The notes: generated from the sequence alone by a model not told the origin. A DNA stretch of 64,000 nucleotides from a virus (IMGVR_UViG_3300012971_000018:32001-96000), one strand, 5' to 3'. Shown: positions 28,301 to 37,340, counted from the stretch's first letter. Numbers and translations: made by a program.

Positions 28301-28838
28301 TGCATCGTGCAAGTCGGTGGCTGGTTCTCTAAGCATTCCCGAGGACAAGCTAACGCCGCTGTACGACCAGTTCTGGAGCGAGTTCTCGACGGTAAAGAAA
28401 TGGCAGGAGGACCAGCTAAGGTTCTACCGTCGGCACGGCTATGTGGAATGCCTAACCGGCCGTCGGCGCCACGGTCCGCTGTCCCTTAACAAGGTCTACA
28501 ACACCCCGGTCCAGGGCACCGCAGCCGAGATAATCATGGACCGTATGTGTTACATGGTCGAGAGCGGCGATCCCGAGCTGCTGCCCGAGCTGCAAATCCA
28601 CGACGATCTAACCTTCCTGCGGGTGCGGGAGGAACGGGCCGAGGAAGTCGCGGGGAAGATATTGGACATTATGCTGGACCTGCGGCACTTCCCATGGGTG
28701 AACGTGCCGATATCCGTCGAGGTGGCAACCGGCTTTAACTGGATGCCTTGGGACAAGGACAACAACCCGGAAGGGCTAAGGGCGATGCCGGAAAGCTATT
28801 TCTCGAACGAGTGGCTAAAGGCGAGAGGAATAACATGA
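25371..28838 (+). CDS. DNA polymerase A with N-terminal family-4 UDG domain and 3'-5' exonuclease, intein-containing
   Basis: GEAPG/HCRP/HPA (UDG); DYET, HN, YNAMD (exo); TGRLS..PNLQN, DLGQIEAR, QIHDDL (PolA). Confidence 0.93.
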   Translation: MGLLYAAQATVDVRARQEAVLYQRMGCNMCPLNDVQPGRANATGSEHPLILFIGEAPGKEEQRTGEQFVGESGQLLRPRIPEEWLPDIRWTNTVHCRPSYGNGHNRTPEHDEIECCRPRWVADIERTKPKAIFAFGNVPLLAITNFTGITLWRGRRLPVRIGSHVCWLYPMLHPAHILRQRRDEDRGKDARFVGSEEERMFEFDLYKALDEVDAGLPRPIVHDEKEARRGVEIVTEGGREGLHRIEAALRWASAQDDIGFDYETLGLRPYGANAKILTVAVATADRAIAFPIHHREARFSDKERKTIEDLVCNFLCQSGRVWVHNLSFEMEWTAVKFGRDLLYATQWQDTATQASIIDERKGNTKPGCFSLEWLVMQYFGFNLKKLSPLNKANLDREPLPKVLAYNAMDAKYHLRLGLEQQVVIKQQGLQSVYELSLRRVPAVVTSQVLGVPVDQDENERLHAKYAKRVASLEAEIQQVPLIQGYNSDNAEPFNPGSNPQCVDVFYRRLKRKECLVVDKFSKRERLSCNEDVLTKIEHPLSKLIVRWRKAKRQDSTYIQALAPGTENSALWPDGLLHSTFNTYWVETGRLSCSAPWTEVKTSRGVVQIKDVIAGDLVWTHRQRWRLVTRAWSKGFEQMFDVVLSNGKVLTCTKNHRLLSKASGWITVGELYDVFQEMGRDAGEYKARTGALSQQGVGSNRADSQDVGHIGTKRLRGYQTEHAIGREAGSIICSLFGIEAGHKKSDAGANWRSASELEGGMFGWSWWLFDHKGWKASYFSPPPLAYAGIGSTRSPTRLDGTPYRWRPVEQRRGQFGFGDGSRTQSYPLQTVGDQDVAIKEIKAGGSFEVFDLTVEEDASYETCGVFSHNSEFPNLQNFPKRDGEAVEVRRQVQAAPGYSIISLDLGQIEARVVAMFTKDPVYVKQLWDKFDIHKDWAERIAFAYPDRIGGSKNLKDPKVMKTFRSDIKNQWTFPLLYGASCKSVAGSLSIPEDKLTPLYDQFWSEFSTVKKWQEDQLRFYRRHGYVECLTGRRRHGPLSLNKVYNTPVQGTAAEIIMDRMCYMVESGDPELLPELQIHDDLTFLRVREERAEEVAGKILDIMLDLRHFPWVNVPISVEVATGFNWMPWDKDNNPEGLRAMPESYFSNEWLKARGIT
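27144..27974 (+). mobile_element. intein in PolA
   Basis: CSAPWT...CTKNHRL...VFDLTVEE...SHN/S; 277 aa. Confidence 0.9.
27382..27924 (+). CDS. HNH endonuclease overprinted in the +1 frame inside the intein
   Basis: GGAG RBS at 27372; HPNWKG, VHHIDGDPLNNDVDNL...HKAIH. Confidence 0.85.
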   Translation: MTYSKRWVETPGNIKRVLALYRSKELVPTEQIAKTLGTSVPNVYEAIKRNMPLVEKQALSSVRYSASKLGTKNPMLGRTGDRHPNWKGECLDGHGGYLTIKVGKRRIFLHHHLLMQALGLPEVPRGWMVHHIDGDPLNNDVDNLALVTARGHKAIHYRQLETKTLRLKKSKLAEALKYLI

Positions 28839-29179
28839 AAGCGAAAAAGAAACTTGTGCATCTCCTTATAACTGTCGATCTAACACCAGAGGTGCGGATG
28901 CATTCCTATGTCATCTGCCCCAAAGAACGCGAGCGGGCAGTAATGGAGGGAGTTATAGACACGATGTTTAAGAAGGCCGAAAAAATGGGTGTTACACCTT
29001 GGCCAGCAATTGTTCTGTGTACCAAGCTAGGTACTGGTGTTGCCATCGTTCGTGGAGTTTTGTCCGAGAAATATCCAGAATCAATTCCGAAATACGACGA
29101 GGTAAAAGACTTTCATTGCACGGTATGGGCCATGGCAGCAAGCCATCCGGCCGACAAAAAACTTATGGAGCTGCACTAG
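28835..29179 (+). CDS. hypothetical protein (lower GC)
   Basis: ATGA-coupled to the polymerase. Confidence 0.6.
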   Translation: MKAKKKLVHLLITVDLTPEVRMHSYVICPKERERAVMEGVIDTMFKKAEKMGVTPWPAIVLCTKLGTGVAIVRGVLSEKYPESIPKYDEVKDFHCTVWAMAASHPADKKLMELH

Positions 29180-29181
29180 GT

Positions 29182-29372
29182 ATGGAGCGCTATCGAGACG
29201 AGGGAGACAGATGCGCCGTATGCAAGTTCTTTGCCTCTACCGGCGGTGCCATGGGCGAGTGCCACAGGCGCTCGCCACGGAGCACGGCAAGTCGCCTGCG
29301 GCGGTATGGCCTAATGTGTCGGGGGACCATTGGTGCGGAGAGTTCGAGAAGGGGAGCGAGGAGGAGGAATGA
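29182..29372 (+). pseudogene. frameshifted small Cys-rich protein
   Basis: CAVCKF..GECHRRSP in one frame; WPNVSGDHWCGEF in another frame ending at an ATGA overlap. Confidence 0.55.
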
Positions 29373-30304
29373 GCCTGCTTATAAAGTATCGCCCTAGCTC
29401 CTGGGACGAAGTTCTCGGCCAGGACCGTGTGCTCGACTCGCTGGAGACGGTCGTTAGCAAGCGGCAGACCCATTCTTTCCTGCTGGTCGGTCCGTCGGGC
29501 TGTGGGAAGACGACGCTGGCCCGGCTTATCGCCAAGAACCTGGGATGTAGTGAGCTAAACCTTATCGAGACCGATCCGGCGACCCACCCGGGGGTCGAGG
29601 ATATCCGCGAGGTTATCTCGACGCTTAATACCCGGCCGCCCGGCGGCGGGACGCGGGTCGTTATCGTCGACGAGTGCCAGTTGTATTCGAAGAACGTCTG
29701 GACGGCGTTGCTAAAGATATCCGAGGACCCGCCGTCCTGGGTCTACTGGGTGTTCTGCACGACCGATGCGGGTAAGGTTCCGAGCGCAATGAAGACCCGG
29801 GCGGCGAGCTACGAGCTTCGCCCGGTAGCGCGCGCGGACCTCGAAGACATCGTTGTGTTTATCGCCCGATCCGAGAAGATGGACGTTCGCGCCGACGTTA
29901 TGGCGCTGTGCGCAGACGAAGCCGGCGGTTCGCCGCGACAGGCGATCTCCAATCTTGTGGTGTGCGCCGGTGCGAAATCGAGGGCGGAAGCGATCGAGTT
30001 GCTAAAGAACGGTTACGCGGAGGACGAGGCCGGCGCATTCGAGCTGGCGCAGGTGCTCTACAAGACCGGCGGAGCATCGTGGGAGGAGATGCGAAGCGTG
30101 CTGGCGAAGTTGCACGAGGCCGGCGCCAATCCCGAGGGCGTGCGGCAAGTCGTCCGGGCCTACGGCACCAAGATGCTGCTGGGCAATCCCAAAAGTCCGC
30201 AGTCGGTGTGTGCAGTCCTAAATGCCTTTTCTACTCCGTTCAATTCTGCCGACAAGGTAACGCCGGTCTTGCTGGCGTGTGCCAATTTGTGCTTTGGAGA
30301 TTAG
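29369..30304 (+). CDS. clamp loader (DnaX-like AAA+ ATPase)
   Basis: KYRPSSWDEVLGQ, GPSGCGKTT, IVDECQ, GSPRQA. Confidence 0.92.
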   Translation: MSLLIKYRPSSWDEVLGQDRVLDSLETVVSKRQTHSFLLVGPSGCGKTTLARLIAKNLGCSELNLIETDPATHPGVEDIREVISTLNTRPPGGGTRVVIVDECQLYSKNVWTALLKISEDPPSWVYWVFCTTDAGKVPSAMKTRAASYELRPVARADLEDIVVFIARSEKMDVRADVMALCADEAGGSPRQAISNLVVCAGAKSRAEAIELLKNGYAEDEAGAFELAQVLYKTGGASWEEMRSVLAKLHEAGANPEGVRQVVRAYGTKMLLGNPKSPQSVCAVLNAFSTPFNSADKVTPVLLACANLCFGD

Positions 30305-30305
30305 G

Positions 30306-30513
30306 GTAGGTTAGGTGGTGTAGGGCAAGGTGAGGTAGGGTTTGGTTCGGTAGGATGCGGTCTGGTACGGTTAGGTCGGGTCCGGTGCGGTCAGGTAAGG
30401 TAAGGCGCGGTGGGGTTAGGTCCGGTGGGGTAGGGTCGTGTCGGGTTGGGTTCGGTGAGGTCTGGCGAGGTCAGGTTGGGTTGGTTGGGGTATGGTTTGG
30501 TAAGGTAAGGGTA
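30306..30513 (+). repeat. (GGTNN)n pentamer tract, about 40 units
   Basis: ggtga ggtag ggttt ggttc ggtag ... Confidence 0.9.
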
Positions 30514-30518
30514 ATAGC

Positions 30519-31055
30519 ATGGTCGAGCGCAGACGATCCCAACCGGCGGAAACGCCAATCGATCCCCAGCCGCGGATGTCGATCGAGCAGCTACGCGAGA
30601 GCATGGAAATCCGCCAGGAGGGCCAGGCGCTCGACGCCTGCCTGGGCGAGCAGCCCGATCTGTTCTTCCATGCCGCGGACGGTTACCGGCTGGCGGTCGC
30701 GGCCCGCGATGCGCTCGATCTCGATCTCGATTTTCTAAAGGCCGATCTGGCCGAAAGCTTCCGCGACGAAGCCTTGCAGAACGAAGAGAAGATTACCGAG
30801 GCGGCGATAACCCGCAAGCTGGCGCTTAACGATGTGGTGCAGGACATGGAGCGCGACCTGCTCCGCCTGCGTGGCGAGGTCGACCACTGGGCGGCGATTA
30901 AGGACGGCTATACCCAGCGATCGTTCATGTTGCGCGAGCTGGTTCGGCTAATCACTGCCCGTATGGCTAACCTGCATCTGGAGCGTTCCGTCGCCGGCTC
31001 GCAGGAGGACCTCGTGGAGGCGCGACGGCGGGCGGCGAGAGCGGCAGGCCAATAA
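30519..31055 (+). CDS. UvsY-like recombination mediator
   Basis: helical, KITEAAI...QRSFML; next to SSB and RecA. Confidence 0.55.
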   Translation: MVERRRSQPAETPIDPQPRMSIEQLRESMEIRQEGQALDACLGEQPDLFFHAADGYRLAVAARDALDLDLDFLKADLAESFRDEALQNEEKITEAAITRKLALNDVVQDMERDLLRLRGEVDHWAAIKDGYTQRSFMLRELVRLITARMANLHLERSVAGSQEDLVEARRRAARAAGQ

Positions 31056-31204
31056 TGGAGCTGGTCCTCTACGGCGTTGCCCTGCTGCTGTTTATCGCCG
31101 TCGCCTGCTACGTGGGCGCCCGGGCGATCGGTATAGCTTGGTATCGCACCAAGCTGGAGTACATGCGATCTGTGTTCCGAGAAGGAGACCAAAATGGCAA
31201 ATAA
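31055..31204 (+). CDS. small membrane protein
   Basis: MELVLYGVALLLFIAVACYVGARAIG...; TAATG coupling. Confidence 0.55.
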   Translation: MELVLYGVALLLFIAVACYVGARAIGIAWYRTKLEYMRSVFREGDQNGK

Positions 31205-32312
31205 GCCGAAGCTAAGATACTATGGTGCCAACCGTACGGTCGAGGACGTAATGCGGACGCAATACGTCCCGTCCGGGAATTACGACGCCATTATCCAGGA
31301 GGGCTTCCCGGTATTCAAGCCGAAGGACGGCGAGAACGTTATCCGGCTTATGCAGGCGAGCTGGCCGGAGGAGGAAATTCCGAAATGGGGCACGGACTGG
31401 GCGATCCTCATTTCGGTCCACAACAATGTCGGCGACCGCGGCACCTTCCTGTGTCTCGATGCCATGTATGGCGAGCCTTGCCCGGTCTGCGAGGCGGCCA
31501 TGGAGGAGCCCGACAAGGACATTCGCTTCGAGCTGGAGGCCAACAAGCGCGCGCTGGCGTGGCTTATTAACCGGAAAGACCCGAGCGTCGGACCGCAGGC
31601 ATGGTCGATGCCGTTAAAGAAAGTCTGGAAGGTTATTAATGCCCGCTCGCGCGACCGCAAGACCGGTGCGTTGCTGCACATTGACGATCCGGAGGCAGGG
31701 TACGACGTGGTCTTTACCGGCGAGAATACCGGCAAGAAGACCGCCGACTACCAGGGGATCGAGATCGAGCGCGAGGCCACCATGCTAGGCCCCGACGACG
31801 CGACGCAGCAGAAGTGGATCGACTACATTGTGGAGAACCCGCTGCCGTCGATCCTAAACATCCCGGACCCCGAGTACATTCGTAAGCGCCTGTTCGGGAG
31901 GGTAAGCCGCGCCCGCCCGGCCGACGCTGTGGAGGAGGCGACCGGTGCGATGCCCGCGCGGCGGCGACCGGTAGCCCGGTCCGACGACGGTGTGCCGACC
32001 GAGCGGGACCCTACAGAGCCCGCCGACGCCGCGGCCGATACCCCGGCCACGGATGGCCGCGTACCGCGTCGTACGGCCCGCGCTGTGGCACCGGAGGAGC
32101 CTCCATTCGAACCCGACCCCTCCGCTGCTGCCGATCCGGGCGAGAGCGACCACGACCCCGAGACCGGAGAGGTAATGGACGGCACCGCGCCGCCGGTCCG
32201 TCCGGGGCGCCGTCCACCCCGGGACCCCGCGCCCGCGCCCGCGGAGACGCCGGCCCCGTCCCGCGCCACGCGGCAAGCCCTCGATCGCGTGCGGCCAAGT
32301 GCCCGCAGGTAG
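31194..32312 (+). CDS. gp32-like ssDNA-binding protein
   Basis: FKPKDGENVIR, H...C...CPVC, DPEAGYD, acidic/Pro tail. Confidence 0.75.
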   Translation: MANKPKLRYYGANRTVEDVMRTQYVPSGNYDAIIQEGFPVFKPKDGENVIRLMQASWPEEEIPKWGTDWAILISVHNNVGDRGTFLCLDAMYGEPCPVCEAAMEEPDKDIRFELEANKRALAWLINRKDPSVGPQAWSMPLKKVWKVINARSRDRKTGALLHIDDPEAGYDVVFTGENTGKKTADYQGIEIEREATMLGPDDATQQKWIDYIVENPLPSILNIPDPEYIRKRLFGRVSRARPADAVEEATGAMPARRRPVARSDDGVPTERDPTEPADAAADTPATDGRVPRRTARAVAPEEPPFEPDPSAAADPGESDHDPETGEVMDGTAPPVRPGRRPPRDPAPAPAETPAPSRATRQALDRVRPSARR

Positions 32313-33408
32313 GCGAGTGTTGGTAAGGCGGGTGCTGCCATCGCAGGTTGGAGCCCGCGCGGTAACCCCCGCGCGGGTAGCAACCGACTACTTCCCGGAC
32401 GAGGAACTGGCGCTCGTACCGTCGGGCTGCACGGTGCTCGACTGCGGGGCGACCGGAGGCGGCCAGCGTTCGCTCGAAGGGGCTTGGCCGCTGGGCAGGA
32501 TAGTCAATATTGTCGGCGACAAGAGCGTCGGCAAGACCTTAATTGCGATCGAGGCGTGTGCGAATTTCGCCAGGAAGTACCCGCGCGGCCGTATCCGCTA
32601 TCGCGAGGCCGAGGCGGCCTTTGACGTTAACTATGCGGCATCCCTGGGACTGCCGGTAGACCGGGTTAACTTCGGTCCCAAGGGCATTAAGACCTACTGG
32701 AGCACGGTCGAGGACATCTTCGAGGACCTGCGCGCGGCGGTCATTGCGGACCAGAGGAGCAAGGTCCCATCGCTCTATATCGTTGACTCGCTCGACGCGC
32801 TGGGCTCGCGCGACCTTATCGGCCGCGACCTCGACAAAGGCACGTATTTTACCGCCAAAGCCAAGCTTATGTCCGAGATGCTGCAAGAGCTGGCGAGCGA
32901 GTTTAACGCCGCCAACATGCTGCTTATATTCATATCCCAGATACGCGACAAGATCGGCGTAACGTTCGGTTCGAAGGTGGCCCGCGCGGGCGGCCACGCG
33001 CTCGACTTCTATGCCTCCCACATCGTGTTCCTGCGGCATGTCGCGTGGCTGGTCGAGACCGTAAAGGGGGTCGAGCGCACGACCGGCGTGCGCATCGGGT
33101 TTAATTTCCAGAAGAACAAGATCGCAGTGCCGGCGCGCAAGGGCGAATTCGTGCTCCGGTTCGGCTACGGGATCGACGATCTGGCGGCGTGCGTTAACTG
33201 GATGCAGTCCGAGGCCAAGGACTGGCTGCCCGAGATCGGCCTAAAGGCGACAGCGACCATGGCCGAAGTGGCTAAGTTCCTTGTTCGACAGGAGATGCTG
33301 GAAGATGCCGCGTACAAGACGCTTGCCAAGGACGTCCGCAGGATTACCACGGAGGCGTGGGTCGACGTCGAGAACGGCTTTAGGCCGAAGCGGCAGAAGT
33401 ACGGCTAG
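32299..33408 (+). CDS. recA: RecA/UvsX recombinase
   Basis: GDKSVGKT, IVDSLDAL, SQIRDKIG, GGHALDFYAS, KNK. Confidence 0.9.
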   Translation: MPAGRRVLVRRVLPSQVGARAVTPARVATDYFPDEELALVPSGCTVLDCGATGGGQRSLEGAWPLGRIVNIVGDKSVGKTLIAIEACANFARKYPRGRIRYREAEAAFDVNYAASLGLPVDRVNFGPKGIKTYWSTVEDIFEDLRAAVIADQRSKVPSLYIVDSLDALGSRDLIGRDLDKGTYFTAKAKLMSEMLQELASEFNAANMLLIFISQIRDKIGVTFGSKVARAGGHALDFYASHIVFLRHVAWLVETVKGVERTTGVRIGFNFQKNKIAVPARKGEFVLRFGYGIDDLAACVNWMQSEAKDWLPEIGLKATATMAEVAKFLVRQEMLEDAAYKTLAKDVRRITTEAWVDVENGFRPKRQKYG

Positions 33409-33526
33409 CTAGGTCTGGTGTCGCCTTTCCGACCTACCCCCTTGCCTTTGGGGCCAAAATCGCAGTAAGGTCGCCCAAATCGGTCCATGCGAGGCAAAAT
33501 AGGACCATTTTCCGGGACATGCAGCC

Positions 33527-34036
33527 GTGGCATCGGGTTGGGTCGTAGCACGCGCGAAGACGAACCAGGAGCAGAAAGCGGCCGAGCACGTCACAAACCA
33601 ACTTCCCCTCTACGGCGGTGGCGAGTTCTACTACCCGAAGGTGCTGGTTAAGGTCCGCCACATGTTCTGCACCAAGCCGCTGTTCGGCGGCTATTTCTTT
33701 GTCCGCACGGTTTCGGGAGCGTGGCACTTCCTTGGCAATACCTTTGGCGTCCAGGGCGTCGTCCGGTTCGGCGAGAACGTCGCGACGATAGCCGACGAGC
33801 AGATACGGAATATCCGCGCCCGCGAGGTCGACAGCATTGTCGTCCTGCCACCCCCGCCGGTCCCCGAGCTGCGCTGGAAGCGGGGCACCATGCTGCGGGT
33901 AAAGGGCGGCGTGTTTTCTGGGAATACCGGTATCTACCAGGGCATGGGCACGCGGCAACGCGAACAGTTGCTCATGGACTTTCTAGGTCGCAAGACCGTC
34001 ATTTTGCTACAATCGGAGCTGCTGGAAGCTGCGTAG
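33527..34036 (+). CDS. NusG/RfaH-family transcription factor
   Basis: WVVAR, PLFGGYFFV, GVQGVVRFG, KOW motif VKGGVFSG. Confidence 0.88.
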   Translation: MASGWVVARAKTNQEQKAAEHVTNQLPLYGGGEFYYPKVLVKVRHMFCTKPLFGGYFFVRTVSGAWHFLGNTFGVQGVVRFGENVATIADEQIRNIRAREVDSIVVLPPPPVPELRWKRGTMLRVKGGVFSGNTGIYQGMGTRQREQLLMDFLGRKTVILLQSELLEAA

Positions 34037-34186
34037 AACGTGTCGTTGGTGTGCCACGTTGGAGGTCGTATCGTGCAACCCAGAAGAGCCGTACATCGGT
34101 CGACACAAACGGGGCTCGCCACGAGCGACCGTAACGGCGGTAGCGTATCTGTGGTCGATATTATTCCCTGGTAGGAGGCCACGAAA

Positions 34187-34609
34187 ATGCCCAGACCGCC
34201 GCACCCGCCGCGCCCGCCCCGCAGAGCACCCCCACACCCGGCCTGGATTAGGCGGGTCGATCTGCACACCCTGCTGCAATGGAGCTACAACATGAGCACC
34301 GCAACGCTTACCTGGACCCTGCCCACGACCCGCGTCGACAACACCCCGCTCGCCCCTGGCGACATCGCCCAGGTCGATATCTACGACACCTCGTCGCCTA
34401 CCCCCGATGTCCCGATCTTTTCCTTGGCTGGAGGTGGCACATCGTACACCACGGATGTCCTGGCTGTCGGCGTGCATAATTTCTGGGTCGCCGTCCAGGA
34501 CACGACCGGCCATCGCTCTGCGCCATCCAACATGGCGACCGTTACCGTCCCGGCTGTCCTTGCCAATCCGTCTGCCGTAACCGATCTCGCCGCTACGCTA
34601 AACTCGTAG
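34187..34609 (+). CDS. fibronectin type III-like protein (alternative start 34292)
   Basis: ATLTWTLP...FWVAVQDTTGHRSAPSN. Confidence 0.7.
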   Translation: MPRPPHPPRPPRRAPPHPAWIRRVDLHTLLQWSYNMSTATLTWTLPTTRVDNTPLAPGDIAQVDIYDTSSPTPDVPIFSLAGGGTSYTTDVLAVGVHNFWVAVQDTTGHRSAPSNMATVTVPAVLANPSAVTDLAATLNS

Positions 34610-34856
34610 GTTTTACCGTAGCCATGCTTCGGTAGTCCAACAGACGTGGGTCTGTTGGCTCACAAACGGAGTCGAGAAGCCAACCGGTGTCGGGACCCGT
34701 TCCGTTACCCGAGCACGAAAAACGACGATCCTGGAAGCCAACTCTGGGCGTGGCGTCGAAAGGGTCTTCGGGGGCTGGCCTCGCCTGGACGTACAGGCTT
34801 TGCCCTACCATTATAGTCAATTCAAGTGAAGGTCTAAGTAGCGTTTGGGAAATGCG

Positions 34857-35321
34857 ATGCCTGGCGAACATCTGTTTAAGAAGGGCAACAAGCTCGGTGT
34901 CGTTGGTCGTCCCAAGGGCGTACCAAATAGACAAACGCGGCTTATCCGACAGGATATTCTCGACTCCGGCGACGAGCTGGGCTTTCCAAGATGGGACGAG
35001 GAAAACGAATGCTGGGTCGCCACTGGCGAAGCTGGTGGAGGCCGCAAGGGCTATCTGGTCTGGCTGGGGCTGTACGAGCCTAAAGCCTATGCCACGCTAA
35101 TGGGCCGCGTGCTCCCGCTCCAGATTACCGGTGCCGATGGTGGACCGGTGCGCATCTTCGATGCGACGATGCCGTCGGCGGTGGTGGCGAATATGTATGC
35201 TGAATCCCTTAAGGCCGCGCCGCCGCCAATGCTCGACATTACACCCCAGAAGGAAACCAAGAAGCTGCCGATAAAGGCAGCATTGCCGCCAATAGCGCGG
35301 AGACAGCCAACAAGGGGTTAA
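34857..35321 (+). CDS. terminase small subunit
   Basis: FKKGN..GRPKGVPN; upstream of TerL. Confidence 0.7.
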   Translation: MPGEHLFKKGNKLGVVGRPKGVPNRQTRLIRQDILDSGDELGFPRWDEENECWVATGEAGGGRKGYLVWLGLYEPKAYATLMGRVLPLQITGADGGPVRIFDATMPSAVVANMYAESLKAAPPPMLDITPQKETKKLPIKAALPPIARRQPTRG

Positions 35322-35328
35322 ATGAACT

Positions 35329-35538
35329 ATGTCGATCGAACGTGTGCAAGGCCGGGTAAAGTGGTACGATCCCCGCAAGGGCTTCGGGTTCGCTACGCCG
35401 CAGGTGGATGGGATGGACGTCTTTATCGCTGCCGCCAGCCTGCCGCCGGGCGTTAACAAGCTTAACGAGGACCAGACCATAAGCTACATCGTCGAGACAT
35501 CGCGTAAAGGTCCGAGGGCTGCTTGCGTACAGGTCTAG
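35329..35538 (+). CDS. cold-shock domain protein
   Basis: GRVKWYDPRKGFGF, DVF, KGPRA. Confidence 0.9.
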   Translation: MSIERVQGRVKWYDPRKGFGFATPQVDGMDVFIAAASLPPGVNKLNEDQTISYIVETSRKGPRAACVQV

Positions 35539-37340
35539 CCGAAGAACGTGCACATTGGCCGCCGGATTACAACGCGCATTTCGCGTGGCGTACCCGCCAG
35601 CGGGCTTGGCTGTGCGAAGACCCCCGCCGGATTGAAAGCGCGTTGGAGTACTACCGCACTAGGCCGGTGGCTTTTATCGAGCATTGGGGCATAACCTTCG
35701 ATCCGCGCAATCTGGGTCGCGAGGATCGCGCGGCCTATATGCCGTTCATTATGTTCGAACGCCAGCGGCAGCTAATCGAGTTCCTAACCGAATGTGTCCG
35801 GGACCAGCAATCCGGTCTGGTCGAGAAGGCCCGCGACATGGGTGCGACGTGGACCTGCTGCGCCTTTAGCGTCCACCAGTGGCTGTTCGTTCCCGGGGCG
35901 GCGATCGGCTGGGGCTCGCGGTTGCTCGATCTGGTGGACCGGGTTGGCATTAAGGATAGCATCTTCGAGAAGATTAGGGACTTCATTCGCTGGATGCCCC
36001 CCGAGTTCTGGCCCAAAGGCTTCTGGCCCGAGGAGCACATGCCGTTCCTGCGGATTATTAATCCCGAGAACGGCGCCACGATTGCCGGCGAAGGCGGCGA
36101 CAACATGGGCCGCGGTGGCCGCAAGACGATGTACTTCAAGGATGAAAGTGCACACTACGCCAGGCCCGACCTGGTCGAGGCCGCACTGACGTCCAATACC
36201 GCGGTGCAAATCGACATCTCCTCGGTGCATGGTCTGGGCGGGGCGTTCCAGCGCCGTCGCGAGGCCGGCCAGGAGTGGGAGCCCGGCCGTACCATAGCGC
36301 CCGGCATTACCCGGGTCTTCGTTATGGACTGGCGCCACAATCCGGCCAAGACGCAGGACTGGTACGACCGCGAAAAGCGCCGATACATTAATGAAGGCAA
36401 CGCCCACATCTGGGCGCAGGAGGTCGACCGCAACTACGCCGCCAGCGTTATCGGCACGATTATCCCGCGGGAGTGGGTGGTTGCTGCGGTCGATGCCCAC
36501 AAGAAGCTGGGCTTTGGCGACGATGGCGCGTGGGGCGGGGCGCTCGACGTCGCCGATGGTGGGGCCGATACCAACGCAATCGCCATTCGCAAGGGCAACG
36601 TGCTTAAGCACGTCGAGGAATGGGTCGCCCCCGATGCGGCCGTTACCGCGCGCCGGGCTATTGGATTGTGCCGTCCCCATATGCCCGATCCACCGTTTGT
36701 TACGGCGTTCGAGCTGCAATACGACTGCATCGGCGTGGGCTCGACCGTTAAGGCGGAAGGCAATCGGCTGCATGAAGAAAGGTTGCTGCCGCGGGGCTTC
36801 GTGCTCGCACCGTGGAATGCCGGCGATAGTCCGCTAAATGCCGACAAGCCGATAATCCCCGGCGATCGGCAGTCCCCATTGAACGGCGATTTCTACGCCA
36901 ATCTAAAGGCCCAGGGGTGGTGGCAGCTACGCGGGCGTTTCGAGCGGACATGGCGCGCGGTTACCCACAAGGAGCTAACCGAGCTGGCGACGCTTACCGA
37001 TCGTACGCTCGACCAGCAACGCAGGTTCCAGGCGCTCAAGGAGGCATTGTCCGGTGCGCTTGAAGACCCGCTGGGCGATTACACCTACGACGACGAGGAC
37101 CTAATCGCGATCGATGCGGAGGCGATCCCGCTGGCCACCCGGCTAAAGCTCGAAAAGGAGTTAAGCCAGCCGACCATCGGCTATAGCTCGAAGCTTAAGC
37201 TGTTAGTCAATAAGCAACCCGACGGCACCAAATCCCCGAATCTGGCGGATAGCGTTATGATGGCCTTCTGGCCGGTACCCACGCGGCGTATGGGTTACAT
37301 TAGCCCGCAGGTTCTGGCGCGGGCGGGAACCAGAGGATAA
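35523..37340 (+). CDS. terminase large subunit
   Basis: EKARDMGATW, FKDESAH, LDVADGGADTN, SPNLADS. Confidence 0.9.
   Translation: MRTGLAEERAHWPPDYNAHFAWRTRQRAWLCEDPRRIESALEYYRTRPVAFIEHWGITFDPRNLGREDRAAYMPFIMFERQRQLIEFLTECVRDQQSGLVEKARDMGATWTCCAFSVHQWLFVPGAAIGWGSRLLDLVDRVGIKDSIFEKIRDFIRWMPPEFWPKGFWPEEHMPFLRIINPENGATIAGEGGDNMGRGGRKTMYFKDESAHYARPDLVEAALTSNTAVQIDISSVHGLGGAFQRRREAGQEWEPGRTIAPGITRVFVMDWRHNPAKTQDWYDREKRRYINEGNAHIWAQEVDRNYAASVIGTIIPREWVVAAVDAHKKLGFGDDGAWGGALDVADGGADTNAIAIRKGNVLKHVEEWVAPDAAVTARRAIGLCRPHMPDPPFVTAFELQYDCIGVGSTVKAEGNRLHEERLLPRGFVLAPWNAGDSPLNADKPIIPGDRQSPLNGDFYANLKAQGWWQLRGRFERTWRAVTHKELTELATLTDRTLDQQRRFQALKEALSGALEDPLGDYTYDDEDLIAIDAEAIPLATRLKLEKELSQPTIGYSSKLKLLVNKQPDGTKSPNLADSVMMAFWPVPTRRMGYISPQVLARAGTRG

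Noticed and set aside
30355-30738. ORFs across the pentamer tracts (also 30416-30604, 37383-37694)
   Set aside because: They are low-complexity translations of the GGTNN repeat with no RBS or domain
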